This document shows, in pieces, positions 12,752-23,996 of a DNA stretch of 64,000 bases. The stretch covers positions 16,864,001 through 16,928,000 of the forward strand of contig OY740788.1 of NCBI GenBank assembly GCA_963514005.1, read 5' to 3'. Position 1 is the stretch's first letter; each line of letters begins with the position of its first letter. The stretch is from Raja brachyura (Eukaryota). The position numbers were made by a program, and so were the translations under genes. Below the pieces are notes generated by a model. That model worked only from the letters and a program-made list of their open reading frames with translations. It was not told the origin of the DNA and did not search any database.

Positions 12752-14190
12752 GGTAGGCCTCTGGGTAGTGTTGTAGAGCAGAGGGATCTTGGAGTGCAGG
12801 TGCATGGTTCCTCGAAGGTCGAGTCGCAGGTAAATAAGGTGGTCAAAAAGGCTTTTGGTATTTTGGCCTTCATCAGTCAGAGTAATGAGTATAGAAGTTG
12901 GGAGGTCAGGTTGCAGTTGTATACAACGTTGGTGAGACCGCATCTAGAATATTGTGTTCAGTTCTGGGCACCATGTTATAGGGAAGATATTGTCAAGCAT
13001 GAAAGGGTTCAAAAAATAATTATGAGGATGTTGCCAGGACTGGAGGGTGTGAGCTATAGGGAGAGGTTGAGTAAGCTGGGTCTCCATTTCTTGGAGCGCA
13101 GGAGGATGAGGAGATCTTATAGAGCAGGGGTCGGCAACCTTGTTCTGCATAGGGGCTGGACGCATGTCTGTGAGCAGATGGCGGGCCACATCTATCACAT
13201 GTACACATGATCCCGCCCCGGATGGTAGGCATCAAATCACATGTTCACATAGATTCCGCCCCATCGAGGACGCCACCCGGAGCACTGGCCCCTAGTTACT
13301 AGTTACGGACACTCACAAACCTGACATACCTACGGACCATTGCCTTAGCTCTGTCCTGAAGGTGGTGGCTCAAATACTCACTCACTCGTCCCCAGCCTAT
13401 TGACAACCCCGATCCCGACAGTGAAGCCCAGACACAGAAGGTTCGCGGCCGTGCTGGCAGCTTTATGCAGCATGCGATACACCTAGAGCTTGGCGCTGTT
13501 TGGCAGTATAAAATGACGAATTATTTGCATTCTGCGACAAAGTGCCCCTAGTGGAGTTAAGCGATCTAGCAATATGATGCAATTCTGTGCAGGTCATAAG
13601 TGGGCTATATGGCTGGCTTGACATTTTCATGCTAACAATGGCACACAGTTTCTCACATGCTGCTGCTTGGCAGTATGGCACTGCTCGGTTGCTTGGCATC
13701 TCTGCCATTGCAGCCGCCAGCGCAGGCGTCCTTGCGTCAACGCACCTGGGCGCCGTGGCCTCGTGCCCGGAGGTACCGGAGATGATGGAACTCTGCAGGC
13801 CGGATAAATACGGGAAAAAATACGCCTGCGGGCCGGATGATTTCGGGTTACGGGCCGCATTCGGCCCGGGAGCCGTAAGTTGCCGACCCCTGTTATAGAG
13901 GTATACAAAATCATGAGAGGAATAGATTAGGTAGATGCACAGAGTCTTTTGCCCAGAGTAGGGGAATCGAGGACCAGAGGACAAAGGGTCAAGGTGAAGG
14001 GGAAAAGATTTAATAGGAATCCAAGGGGTAAATTTTTCACACAAAGGATGATGCGTGTATGGAACAAGCTATCAGAGGAGGTAGTTGAGGCTGGGACTAT
14101 CCCATCATTTAAGAAACAGTTAGAGTGGTACATGGATAGGAAAGGTTTGGAGGGATATGGACCAAGCGCAGGCAAGTGGGATTAGTGTGG
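12752..14190 (+). mobile_element. CR1 LINE ORF2 C-terminal fragment, split by a hAT insertion
   Basis: QRDLGVQVH...LYTTLVRPHLEYCVQFWAP (12752-13120) continues after 13900 as ESRTRG...FFTQR..VWNKL. Confidence 0.9.
13125..13892. mobile_element. Non-autonomous hAT DNA transposon
   Basis: TIRs CAGGGGTCGGCAAC / GTTGCCGACCCCTG; perfect 8-bp TSD TTATAGAG at 13117-13124 and 13893-13900. Confidence 0.95.
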
Positions 14191-14199
14191 TAGTTTGGT

Positions 14200-14585
14200 G
14201 CTAAGGCAGGTTTATGGTTATGTGATAATTGATGAGAGGAAATGGTTCTTGAAACTAGACTTTACGGTTTTCAGGCTCCTGTAGCCTCTTCCTGATGATT
14301 ACAGTGAGCAGAAGTGAGCATGACCAGAGTGGTGTGGGTCTTTGATGACATTAACTGCCTTCTTGAGGCTGCTTGTACTATGGATACTTTTAAAGGTGGG
14401 GATGTCAATATCCGTGACGGACTGGGGAATGTCCATTGCTTTTTTCAGCCCTTCTTTGAATTACCGAACCAGGCCATGATGCAGCCAGTTAGTGGAATCA
14501 CCTTCATAAACCAATAGAAATTCTGTTGAGTATTTGGCGAAATGCTGAATTTCCTCAAACTTCAGGTCATTGGTGAGCTTTTTTT
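14200..14585 (-). mobile_element. Rex1/Babar-like LINE 3' remnant
   Basis: The reverse complement resembles 36130-36470 (GGAAGGTACAGGAACCTG...AAGAATAGCTTCTTC). Confidence 0.55.
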
Positions 14586-15389
14586 CTGTGGAGATAGTGC
14601 GATGTGATTACTGGATTACAAAGTGAGTGATCGTTTCCATTATAAACTGTTCCATTATAAATTATTTTTAAATGTAATATTACATTTAGTCAGAGTATGG
14701 CAGCTTAATTTATGATTTTAAGAATTTTCTGCATGCCTTGTTCATTATCCTTGACCCCCTTTCCTGTGACATCTGAAGTTTGCATTTAAAGTCTTGACTC
14801 CCAGTGAGCACCATGGGAGATCACACTTCAGAAAAATGGCATTAAAATGGGAGCTGAATTATGTATGAATGTATAATCCAATTATCTCTCATTCTCACAG
14901 ACTGCTTCAATGAAGAACTGTATTTATTCTACCCGATGTACCAATTCTCACTGGGCAATAATGATCATAACAAAACTTTGCACAACTGTGTATATCCATC
15001 AAACTGATGTTTATTAATACAAACCAGGCAAAAATCGTTTTATTCAAAGTAGTGCAAGCTTATATTGTAACATCATTTATTTCTCTATTTAATTTGTTTG
15101 ATTTAAATTAAAATGGCTTCATTCTAAAGGAACAGTATTTAGGGGTTCTTTCCGACCACTCTACTTTTCTCCAACTTTCTAACACTCCAGCTAATCTCCT
15201 TCCTCACAGTTGATATTCTATGTCAAGTTTTTATTAGATCGAAGCTTAAATTTTCCAAGAGTTTATTTGTAGACTCTTTCCCGTACCTACCACCCATCTA
15301 CTTCATTCTACAAACTGAAACTCCACGATTGTGACATCCTTATTCATCGAGGACCTGCTGTTTCATCGTCTGACTTCCAGTTTAAAGTT

Positions 15390-15700
15390 CAGAGAGATTC
15401 ATCATGGAAACAGGCCCGAAGGCCCACTGAGTCCGTGCTGACCATCAAGTACACCTTCACACTCGTTCTATATTGTCCCACTTTCACATCTACTCCTAAC
15501 ATAATTTACAGGGTACATTTAACCTACAAACCCACATGTCTTTGGGATGTGGGATATATCTGAAGTGTACAGATGAAACCCATGTGGACATGGGGAGAAC
15601 GTGCAAACTCCACACAGACAGGTCCCTAGGTCAGGATCAAAATCAAGTCTCGGGCACTGTGAGGCAGCAGTTCTACCAGCTGGGCCATTATGCCACCTAG
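15390..15700 (-). mobile_element. HE1-type tRNA-derived SINE
   Basis: TTTAACCTACAAACCCACATGTCTTTGGGATGTGGG...GGGAGAACGTGCAAACTCCACACAGAC; related copies at 18285-18540 (+) and 18620-18810 (-). Confidence 0.65.
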
Positions 15701-15994
15701 ACTATTACATCCCATTGGTTGAGATTTTTTAATTCCTTATCCTTGGTTTTCCCTTTTCTCGCTTCTAACTTCTTGGAGAAGATACAGAAGCTTGAAAGCT
15801 CTGACAACCAGATCTAAAAACAGATTCATCCTCACTACTATTTGACTCCTGAACCAATGACCTTTTTCATATACATTCCCAGAGGTGATGCCATGTACTC
15901 TTTACTTCATTCAGTTATTGTACTTTAATATTCTTCTACATGACTTGGATTTTACACTAGAATTGCACAGTTCTTCTGTTTTGCACTCATGGTT

Positions 15995-16047
15995 GGGGTG
16001 GAAGATTGCAACCTTCACGTGGTTTGCTCTGTTTCAATGAATGCAAT
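15995..16047 (+). ncRNA. HDV/CPEB3-like self-cleaving ribozyme fold (probably inactivated, catalytic C read as T)
   Basis: P1 GGGGTGG/TTGCTCT, P2 ATTGCA/TGCAAT, P3 ACC/GGT, L3 TTCACGT. Confidence 0.7.
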
Positions 16048-16134
16048 CAACCTGGTGTGCACAATCAAATAAGATCAAATAGAACAAGTTGTCCTACAAC
16101 TTTGGGCTGTGCACGCCATACGCAAGTAGAAGAA
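15995..16134 (+). mobile_element. ~140-nt short retroelement with HDV-like ribozyme head, 3' stem-loop and (AAG)n tail (copy A)
   Basis: TSD GCACTCATGGTT(G) at 15983-15995 and 16135-16147; same 5' end as the copies at 27473 and 33632(-). Confidence 0.85.
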
Positions 16135-16738
16135 GCACTCATGGTTGTATTTATCATTACTCTGAGTATACTGTTCACTGTGTCAGCTTCATGTCTACAA
16201 GCAATTTCATTAAATTCTAGTGTATATGACAGTTTTTCTTTAGCCCAGAACATGATTGTTTCATTTTCTGATGTGTGAAGAATTTTAAGGTGTCCTCGAT
16301 ATATCGAAAGGGCGATGAAGATGCAAATTGGCATCTTTTCATGGAACTGGCATTTTATCAATACCAAGTTACAAGGTATTTTTAATTTTTTTTTGTTATC
16401 AAGTTTACCTTAATTTTGCAAAATAACAATGAAAAACTGAGAAGTGCCGCTGAATCTCTGCAAAGATTGCCATTTTCATTTGGGCCACCTGAGGTCGCTG
16501 TCGCTGTGCATTCCTGCTTGTTGAAGCCTGAATCAGTTTTCTGAGCAGCACAACTGAACTTTACACCTGCTACACTACCTAATACGGGCAAATTGTGGCG
16601 ATAAACATATAGAAACAGTTGATATTATCCCACCTAGACAATTTTGAAGTTTCGATGTAGCTAACAAAAGAATCCAAAAAGATTCTCCACAAGTATTGAA
16701 TGACAAGTGCTGATGTTTGGACAATAATGGGCTAATCA

Positions 16739-17035
16739 TGGGACAATAATAGGCCTAACTGAAAGTTGGACTCAGGATCAGATGAAAAGTTATATCCTAT
16801 ATTCCTTGATCTTATCTCCAATGATGTATTAATGGTAAATTATTCCATTCCTTATGATTTTTTTTTCTCTCTCTTTCTTTTTTATTATTCTTAATCTATA
16901 TAAAAAAACTTTTAGAGGCAGAATGATTCAATTGATAATGTTTATAATGTATGATTGATGTACATGAAATGTTTCTACCATAATATGTGTTTGCCAATTT
17001 ATTGTTTACCTCTAATAAAAATATGTTAAAAAAAA
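16739..17035 (+). mobile_element. 5'-truncated L1 3' UTR with poly(A)
   Basis: 16-bp TSD AATAATGGGCTAATCA (16723-16738, 17036-17051); the end CCTCTAATAAAAATATGTTAAAA matches the L1 end at about 3085-3110. Confidence 0.85.
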
Positions 17036-17554
17036 AATAATGGGCTAATCAAAAAATTACAGTGCAGGATTTCTCTGGGTAAGAATACCTAACCAATGGA
17101 CACAAATGAGCTCCCATAATATTAAATTCAATAGTCAGAAGTACATATATTTGTTCCAACAAATGGCAGAACTTCTCTCCCTTCTCCTTCCCCTTTATTT
17201 TATCTCTTCAATCTTATGTGGTGGTATGGTTACCATGTCCAGTGATTATGTATGGATTGATGTCTGTACACACGGAACCCGATCAATGTCCGGGTTGCCC
17301 ATTGTGTGTTATCTGACCTCATTCTCTGCCCTTCCCTGCATTTTATGGTATTTGTTCCATGTTGTACGTTTATTTATAAATGATTGATGAGACAGTAATC
17401 TAATTGAGATCCTCACATAACAACAGGTGGGATTAAGTTGTTCACCAGCCAGTGCTTTTGTAGAGAACTGATGGTTAGCTGCAGTGCTTGGTCAACTTGT
17501 TCCAGAAACGTGCATCTGTGCATTGCAATGTGGAAGTCAAGGGAATCAGATGTC

Positions 17555-18065
17555 ACATGGAAGAAGGAACTGCAGATGCTGGTATAAACAGAAGATAGAC
17601 ACAAAAAGCTGGAGTAACTCAGCGGGACAGGCAGCACCTGGGGAGAGAAGGAATGGGTGACGATTCGGGTCAAGACCCTTATTCAGACAGCACAGTTCAC
17701 TGCCTACCCCCCCTCCCTCCCCCGTGTACCTGGGGCAAAACACAAAGTACAAATATCTATTTTCATCCTGCTCATGGCTCTATCTCAAGGATGACTGCCT
17801 TAAATAGCACAACCCATCCATTAATATCTTAATTGAAAATGTTAGCGCAAGTAAGTTTTTATTTATTTGGTTTTAAAGGGCTAAATACTGTATGGTCATG
17901 AGGTGACATGGCTCCCTCCCCCCACCCCTACAAACAGTCTGAAGAAGTGCCCCAAACTGAAATGTCAACTGTCCGTGTTCTCCAGAGAAGCTGCCTGACC
18001 CTTTGAGTTACTCCAGCACTGTGTCCTTTCATGTAAACCAGCATTTGCAGTTCCTTGTTTCTACA
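17555..18065. mobile_element. Inverted pair of Penelope-type terminal repeats with hammerhead-like core
   Basis: 17555-17690 and 17935-18065 are opposite-orientation copies of the family at 26305-26526 (CTGAAGAAG...GAAAYGTC). Confidence 0.6.
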
Positions 18066-18284
18066 CTTTGACATGGTGCAAGATCTTCAGACCTTGCCCC
18101 AACATTAGCCTGTACTATCAAATATCTGCTTGTGCTTTATAATGTCTTTGATAGTCAGAGATAATTCAAAAGAGTTGAAATTGACTTAATTTTTTTTAAA
18201 TTTAAAGTTAAAACTGAATTAATTTGTTTGAAAAGAATAAATTCTTGTTAATTAGTTCAGAACAAAAAATTACATAAAAATGAG

Positions 18285-18810
18285 TTTGGGCAGCACAACA
18301 ATGCTGACAGTAGAATGACTGCCTTGCAGCTCTGGTGACCATGTGTGGGGTTACACTGGTCCCTCAAGTTTTCTTCTTCAGTGTGTGGGTTGCTAGTTTA
18401 ATTGACCACAGTAAATTGTTCCTAATGTATTTTAGAATGAGTGGGAATGAGGGAAGAATAAACATAAGATTAGTGTAGGTGGGGGGTTGATAGTTGTGCA
18501 GACATAGTGTGTTATAGAGCTCCTTCGGTGCCATAAACGTATATGTTAAAAAAACTTGGATGAAGATAGTGTTACAATAAAGGTCAGTGAACCACTCCAC
18601 ATTCAAATACATTCACCTGCAACTAGGGCCAATTAACCTACCATTTGCACAGGTTTGTGATGTGGGAGGAAACCAGAGCTTCCTGAGGAAACCCATGCGG
18701 TCACAGGGAGAACCTATCAAATTCTCACCAGACTACCCTAAATGTTAGCATTGAATGCAGATCGCTGGAGCTATGAGGTAGCCGCTTCGCTGGCTACACC
18801 ATTGTGCCAA
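18285..18810. mobile_element. Two opposed HE1-type SINE remnants
   Basis: GGGCAGCAC...AGTAGA...TGCCTTGCAGC head on +; CAATTAACCTA...GTGGGAGGAAACCAGAG...GGTCACAGGGAGAAC on -. Confidence 0.55.
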
Positions 18811-19587
18811 CTATATTTATTTTAATTCATTTTGCTTTATTTCATTCTATGCTACGAATTACCAGTAGTTTATTATGTATTTAAACATATAGTTTTCATT
18901 TAATAAATAATTTGTCAATTTCAACTAATTGGAAGCATTTCTGATTATGAAAAGCAATTACAAGCATTGGACAGACATTTGATAGTACAAGCTGTCATAG
19001 GCTTCAGGGCTATTGTTACATCAGCAAAAGCTGCCATAAAGCTGAGACACCAGATACTAAGTGTTCCTTTCAGTCCAACCTTGGACAATATATAACACCA
19101 AGAATTTAATGATGAGTCTGGATCAGAGCAAGAGGTTTGATCTGGATTTAACAGGATATCCATCTCCTCTTGACTTCTGTATTGCAATGCATTTGTGCAG
19201 GAGTCTGGAACATATTGATGCATGCACTGTAGTTAGTTAGTGATTCTCAGTGTGACTTGGCTTAATATTCTTTTAATTTATTCATACCACGTAATTGGGT
19301 TTTTGAATACCTATTTTTAAATCCTTTAGAACTGATTTTACTCATCTGACATTCAACAATAGGTGAGAGGCCTTTGACCACTCTGCTTTACAGGCGGCCA
19401 TAGCAGAAAGTTCTTGAAATTGATTGAATTGGGAGGGGGTTGGTGTGAGTGTTGAAGGTAAAATAATTAATGGTAACTGCGTGAATAGCACAGGCCGGTG
19501 AGTGCAAGCGACCATCCTGATCGAGCACAATACAATTTCTTATGAGAGAAGTATGAAATGGTTTAATCCTGAAAATGGATAATCTAA

Positions 19588-20200
19588 AGCCCAAGTCCCA
19601 CTTAGGCGATTTTTTTTGGTGACTACAGGTGACTAAGCTGTCATCAAATGGTCGCGGGGTGACACCTGTATGGTCGTGACTAGTCTCCTCAAGTCGCTTA
19701 AAGACTCATAATCCTTTTCTGGTCACTGCTGGATTTTGAAATGTTCAAAACTTTTCGGTGACTGTGGTCTTGACGTACTTGTCTTCTCCTGTTGTACGTG
19801 CTGTCGTAGGTTGTCGCCAGGTAACGTTGGTTGTCGCTGGGTGCTGTCTTCGGTGAATTCCATTGGTGACTACCTACGTCAACAGGCGACAGGTGCTGGC
19901 AAATTAATTGTCTTCAGTTTACTTCAGTTGTCGATGACAGGGTCGTTTGCTTGTCGTAGCTTGTCGTGGGTGGACGTAGATTGATTTTGGTTGTCGTAAG
20001 CTGTTGCCTGTGTGTTGGTGGTTGTCGCAGGTAGACGTCCTAATGGGTCGCCGATTGTTGGTAGCTTGTCGTAGCTTGACGTCGACTAGGTGGTAGCTTG
20101 TCGTGAACATTGTCATAGGGGGAGTCCAGTCGCCGCTTTTTCGGCGACTTGCTACGACTGTGACAGGCGCTGAAAAAATCACCTAAGTGCGACAGGCCCT
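19588..20200. mobile_element. PIF/Harbinger-like MITE with internal TGTCGTAGCT-type micro-repeats
   Basis: TIR ...GTCCCACTTAGGCGATTTTT / AAAAATCACCTAAGTGCGACAGGCCCT; TAA on both sides (19585-19587, 20201-20203); terminal motif shared with the 4523/5224 MITEs. Confidence 0.82.
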
Positions 20201-20434
20201 TAAGATAACACAAAATCTAGTTCAACATTAGATAGCCGTTATTGTTTCATACCTACAGTCGAAAGTTGCTATATTTATTGCTATAGTGTCAAGTGAAAAT
20301 GTTATGTTCTGTGGAATTTTTATTCTGTTTCACAAAAGTAGTGGAAAGTGGGACATGCAAGGAATCCAAACAATATTACACCAAAAATATAAAATGCTGG
20401 AAAAACACTGAAGATCAAACACCTATGTCAACCA

Positions 20435-21225
20435 AAAAGACAGTGGTCAACAACTTTGTTGAGTGGTGTGGGCTGACACACCTGCAGCTCAACACCGACA
20501 AGACTAAGGAGTTAATGGTGGAATTTAGGAGGAGAGGAATACACCTGTCCTCCATCTCCATCAATGGTGTGGATGTGCAGTTTACCAGGGAGTACAAATG
20601 CCTTGGAGTGTATCTGGACAGTAAACTGGACTGATCCAGGAACAATGAGGTCCTGTTCAAGAAGGAACAGCTGGCTGTACTCTTTGAGAAGGCTCCGCCC
20701 CTTCAACGTCTGCAGTAAGATGTTGCAGATGTTTCACCAATGGTAGCCAGAGCCATCTTCTTTGCTGCCATGTGCTGAGGCAGCAGGGCGAAGGCCGCGG
20801 ACATTAACAAACTCATCAGGACGTCTGGCTCCGCCCTGGGGGCAGAGTTGGATTCATGGGAGGTGGTCTTGGAAGGGAGGATGCTCCTCAAACTGTAGAG
20901 CATCCTGGACAATACAGCTCAACCCCTCCATGACACACTGGTCAACCTGAGGAGTATGTTCAGCAACAGACTGATTCCACCAAGATGCAGGACAGAATGC
21001 CACAGGAGATCCTTCTTCCCTGTGCCTATCAAAATGTACAACTCCTCCCCTTTCTGTCATGGGGTAGACTGAGGCTGAGACTGAACCCCCCCCCCCCTCC
21101 CCAGTCTTTGCACATCACCAATCCTTTCCACGTTATTTTAATTTAATGTCTCATGTATTTTGTGTTTTTATGACTGATGGCAGATCAATTTCCCTCCTGG
21201 GATGAATAAAGTTGTATTGTAACAC
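20435..21225 (+). mobile_element. Rex1/Babar-clade LINE 3' fragment
   Basis: FVEWCGLTHLQLNTDKTKELMVEFRR...YKCLGVYLDSKLD; ends GAATAAAGTTGTATTGTA. Confidence 0.85.
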
Positions 21226-21593
21226 CATATATTTGATGTCAATGATTTTGCAATACCAATAATTGGAAAATAAGCATCGCCTGTATAGAACTGATCAAAA
21301 GACAGAGAGGGAAAGAGCAAAGCGATAGCATTAATTATATTTTCTGATTCTTGTTATAGAGAGAAGATAAAAGCTAGCAAATAGTTTATCCAAAGAAACC
21401 TAAAGCTTTATAAACTGGTGAATGATGATTTCATAAAAATTCTGCGGCACAACTAGAAAGCTATTGAAAAAACAAAATAATGCACAAATTGCACAATCAT
21501 GGTAAGGAGCTATGAGAAAACTTATAAATTTAGTAAGCGGGACACCTTTTAGTACATTTCAAGTCATGTACCTTTGCAACCAATGGGAAATCC

Positions 21594-23569
21594 TGTTTTT
21601 AATTTTTATTTTTTAGAAGGAATGTGACTAGACTACCAAATTGTGTAGCCAAAGAGTAAGTAAAAGAAATAAGGAAGGAATAGAGCAATAAAAAGACAAC
21701 AAAGAAAGAAAATGCGAAGTGATTATATACCTGCCTCGCATCCCGTAATTAGATTGAACTCCAAAATTGTGTTGTACCATACTATCCTTGTAATAAATCA
21801 ATGAATGGTGACCATGTCTTCGAAAAATGCTCTGGTTTTTCTGCTCAGACAAGTCTAATATTTTCAAGATGTAGCATCTCGGACATGTTTGTAATCCACA
21901 TGTTAAGAGTAGGGACAGATGTATGTTTCCAAAATTTGAGTATTCGTTTTTTCGCCGTTATTTGGCCATAATTAAGGAAATGTCTTTGAAATAATGATAG
22001 CTCAGAGCAGGCTTCTGACGTACGAAGAATAATCAATTATGTGTCAGGGTCCAATTTTGGTTTTTAATGTTTTTGAGAAAATTTCAAACATTTATCTCCA
22101 AAAATTATGTAACTTTATGCAAGAGGCGAAGGAATGTGTTATAGTTACTTCCTGAAGGAGATATTTATCACAAATAGAAGATACATTTGGAAAGATCTTA
22201 TTCGGTTTAGACTTTGAAAAGTAGAGTCTGTGCAGTATTTTAAATTGATTTAACGAATGTCTAACATTAATCGAACAATTGTGTATATATAAAACGTTTT
22301 CTTCCCATCTGTCTTTTAGAATTTTTTGGCCAAGTTCCTCTTCCCAGGCTCTTCTAATTACTTCTGACGGTGGGATTTCTATATTTAAAAGGGCGTTATA
22401 CAAATATGATGTTAATTTGTTTGACGCCGAATTTCTATTCATACATTCGTCTAGTATATCTGGCAGCAAAATTTGGTAGTCTTGAGTATATGCTTTCAGA
22501 TAGTCTTGAATTTGAAGGTATCTGAAATATTGATTACCTTTCAGGTGATATTTCGACTGTAATTCTTGAAATGAGAGAAGAGTTCCCATCTCATAAAGAT
22601 CGAGTTTTTTGATTCTTAATCTTTCCCAATATGTAAACATTTTGTCTATAATAGATGGCTTGAACCAAGGGTTATTGGCAATTGGTGAACGAAGGGATAC
22701 ATTTCTTAGTTTAAAGGTTGATCTCACTCGTGTCCAGATCCGTAAAGTACTGTGAAGAATCGGATTTTTTATCATATAATGTGTTCTTCAAATTTATTGG
22801 AGAGAGAAGAATCATGCCTATATTAAAAGGCGAACAATCCTCTCTATCCATTATTAACCAATCTACCTGTTGACCTGTATTGTCCAGCCAGTAGATTACG
22901 TTTTTATTATTCGTTGCCCAGTAATAATATAAAAAGTTGGGGAGAGCCAATCCACCCATTTCTTTGGGTTTACATTGATGCTGTTTATGAATTATATGTG
23001 TTTTATAATCCCAAATAAAGTTTGTAATCAGAGAATCAAGTTTTTTTAAAACAATTTTCGGAAGATGTATTGATTAGGTATTGATTGGAATAAATACAGG
23101 ATTTGTGGGAGGAAGATCATCTTTATAGCATTTATTCTGCCTATTAGAGACATCAGAAGTGTTTTCCAGAATTGAATAAGAGCATTTTAATTTAGTAACT
23201 AGAGGAGGGAAGTTTGCGTTGAATAGAGAATTATATTTTCCGGTTACCTGAACACCCAAATATTTGAATTTTTCTGTAGCAATTCTGAAAGGGAATTTTA
23301 GAAGGTGTGTCGGCTCTTGAGGTTTTATTGACATAATTTCACTTTTGTTCCGGTTTATTCTATATCCTGAAAAGGAACCAAGTTCCTCTATAAGATTTAA
23401 TATATTTAGAATGCTAACTTGGGAATTGGTGATATATAACAATACATCATCTGCATATAATGATATTTTATTATTGGAGTATTTAGAATTATAGCCGTGA
23501 ATGTTCGGATATACTCATACTTTCCGCTAGAGGTTCAATCGCAAGGGCAAATAACAGGATAATGCACTG
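21594..23569 (-). mobile_element. 5'-truncated L1-clade LINE (RT C-terminal half to 3' end)
   Basis: Minus-strand ORF pieces homologous to 900-2640 (ISLYADD, GGLALPNF); 14-bp TSD CCAATGGGAAATCC at 21580-21593 and 23570-23583. Confidence 0.92.
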
Positions 23570-23996
23570 CCAATGGGAAATCCAAAAGAAAACATCCTCT
23601 CACCTGAATAACCTCATAAAAACTAGCCTTTTCGAATGCAGTTTGGACACATTCACGCTTATACTACACACGCTGTATTCACCAGGAATTGAAGCCCAAT
23701 CATCAATTCAACCGATGAGAAACTGGGCATGAGAAGGATAATATGAATTTTGCAAACCTGAAAATTCACCTTCAGTATACCAGCACAACCTTTGACTGAG
23801 GATTGGGATAAATCAAGACCTCAGTAATCTACCAGACAGCAATGATTCCTCTCTGATATATTGATCTCAGACTTAGGCAGCATACAGCAGGCACTTTAAT
23901 GCATGGGAACATTATTAAAGTTGTTTTTGTAAAATCTCCAAATCCATCAGTATGATAAATGAACCAAATGTCAGCAATATTTCTCTAGTCATAAAC

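Noticed and set aside
13463-14044. 193-aa minus-strand ORF as a hAT transposase
   Set aside because: It spans the CR1/hAT junction and shows no transposase motifs.
19860-20160. Short interspersed repeats as a CRISPR-like array
   Set aside because: Irregular ~10-bp units without unique spacers, inside a eukaryotic MITE.
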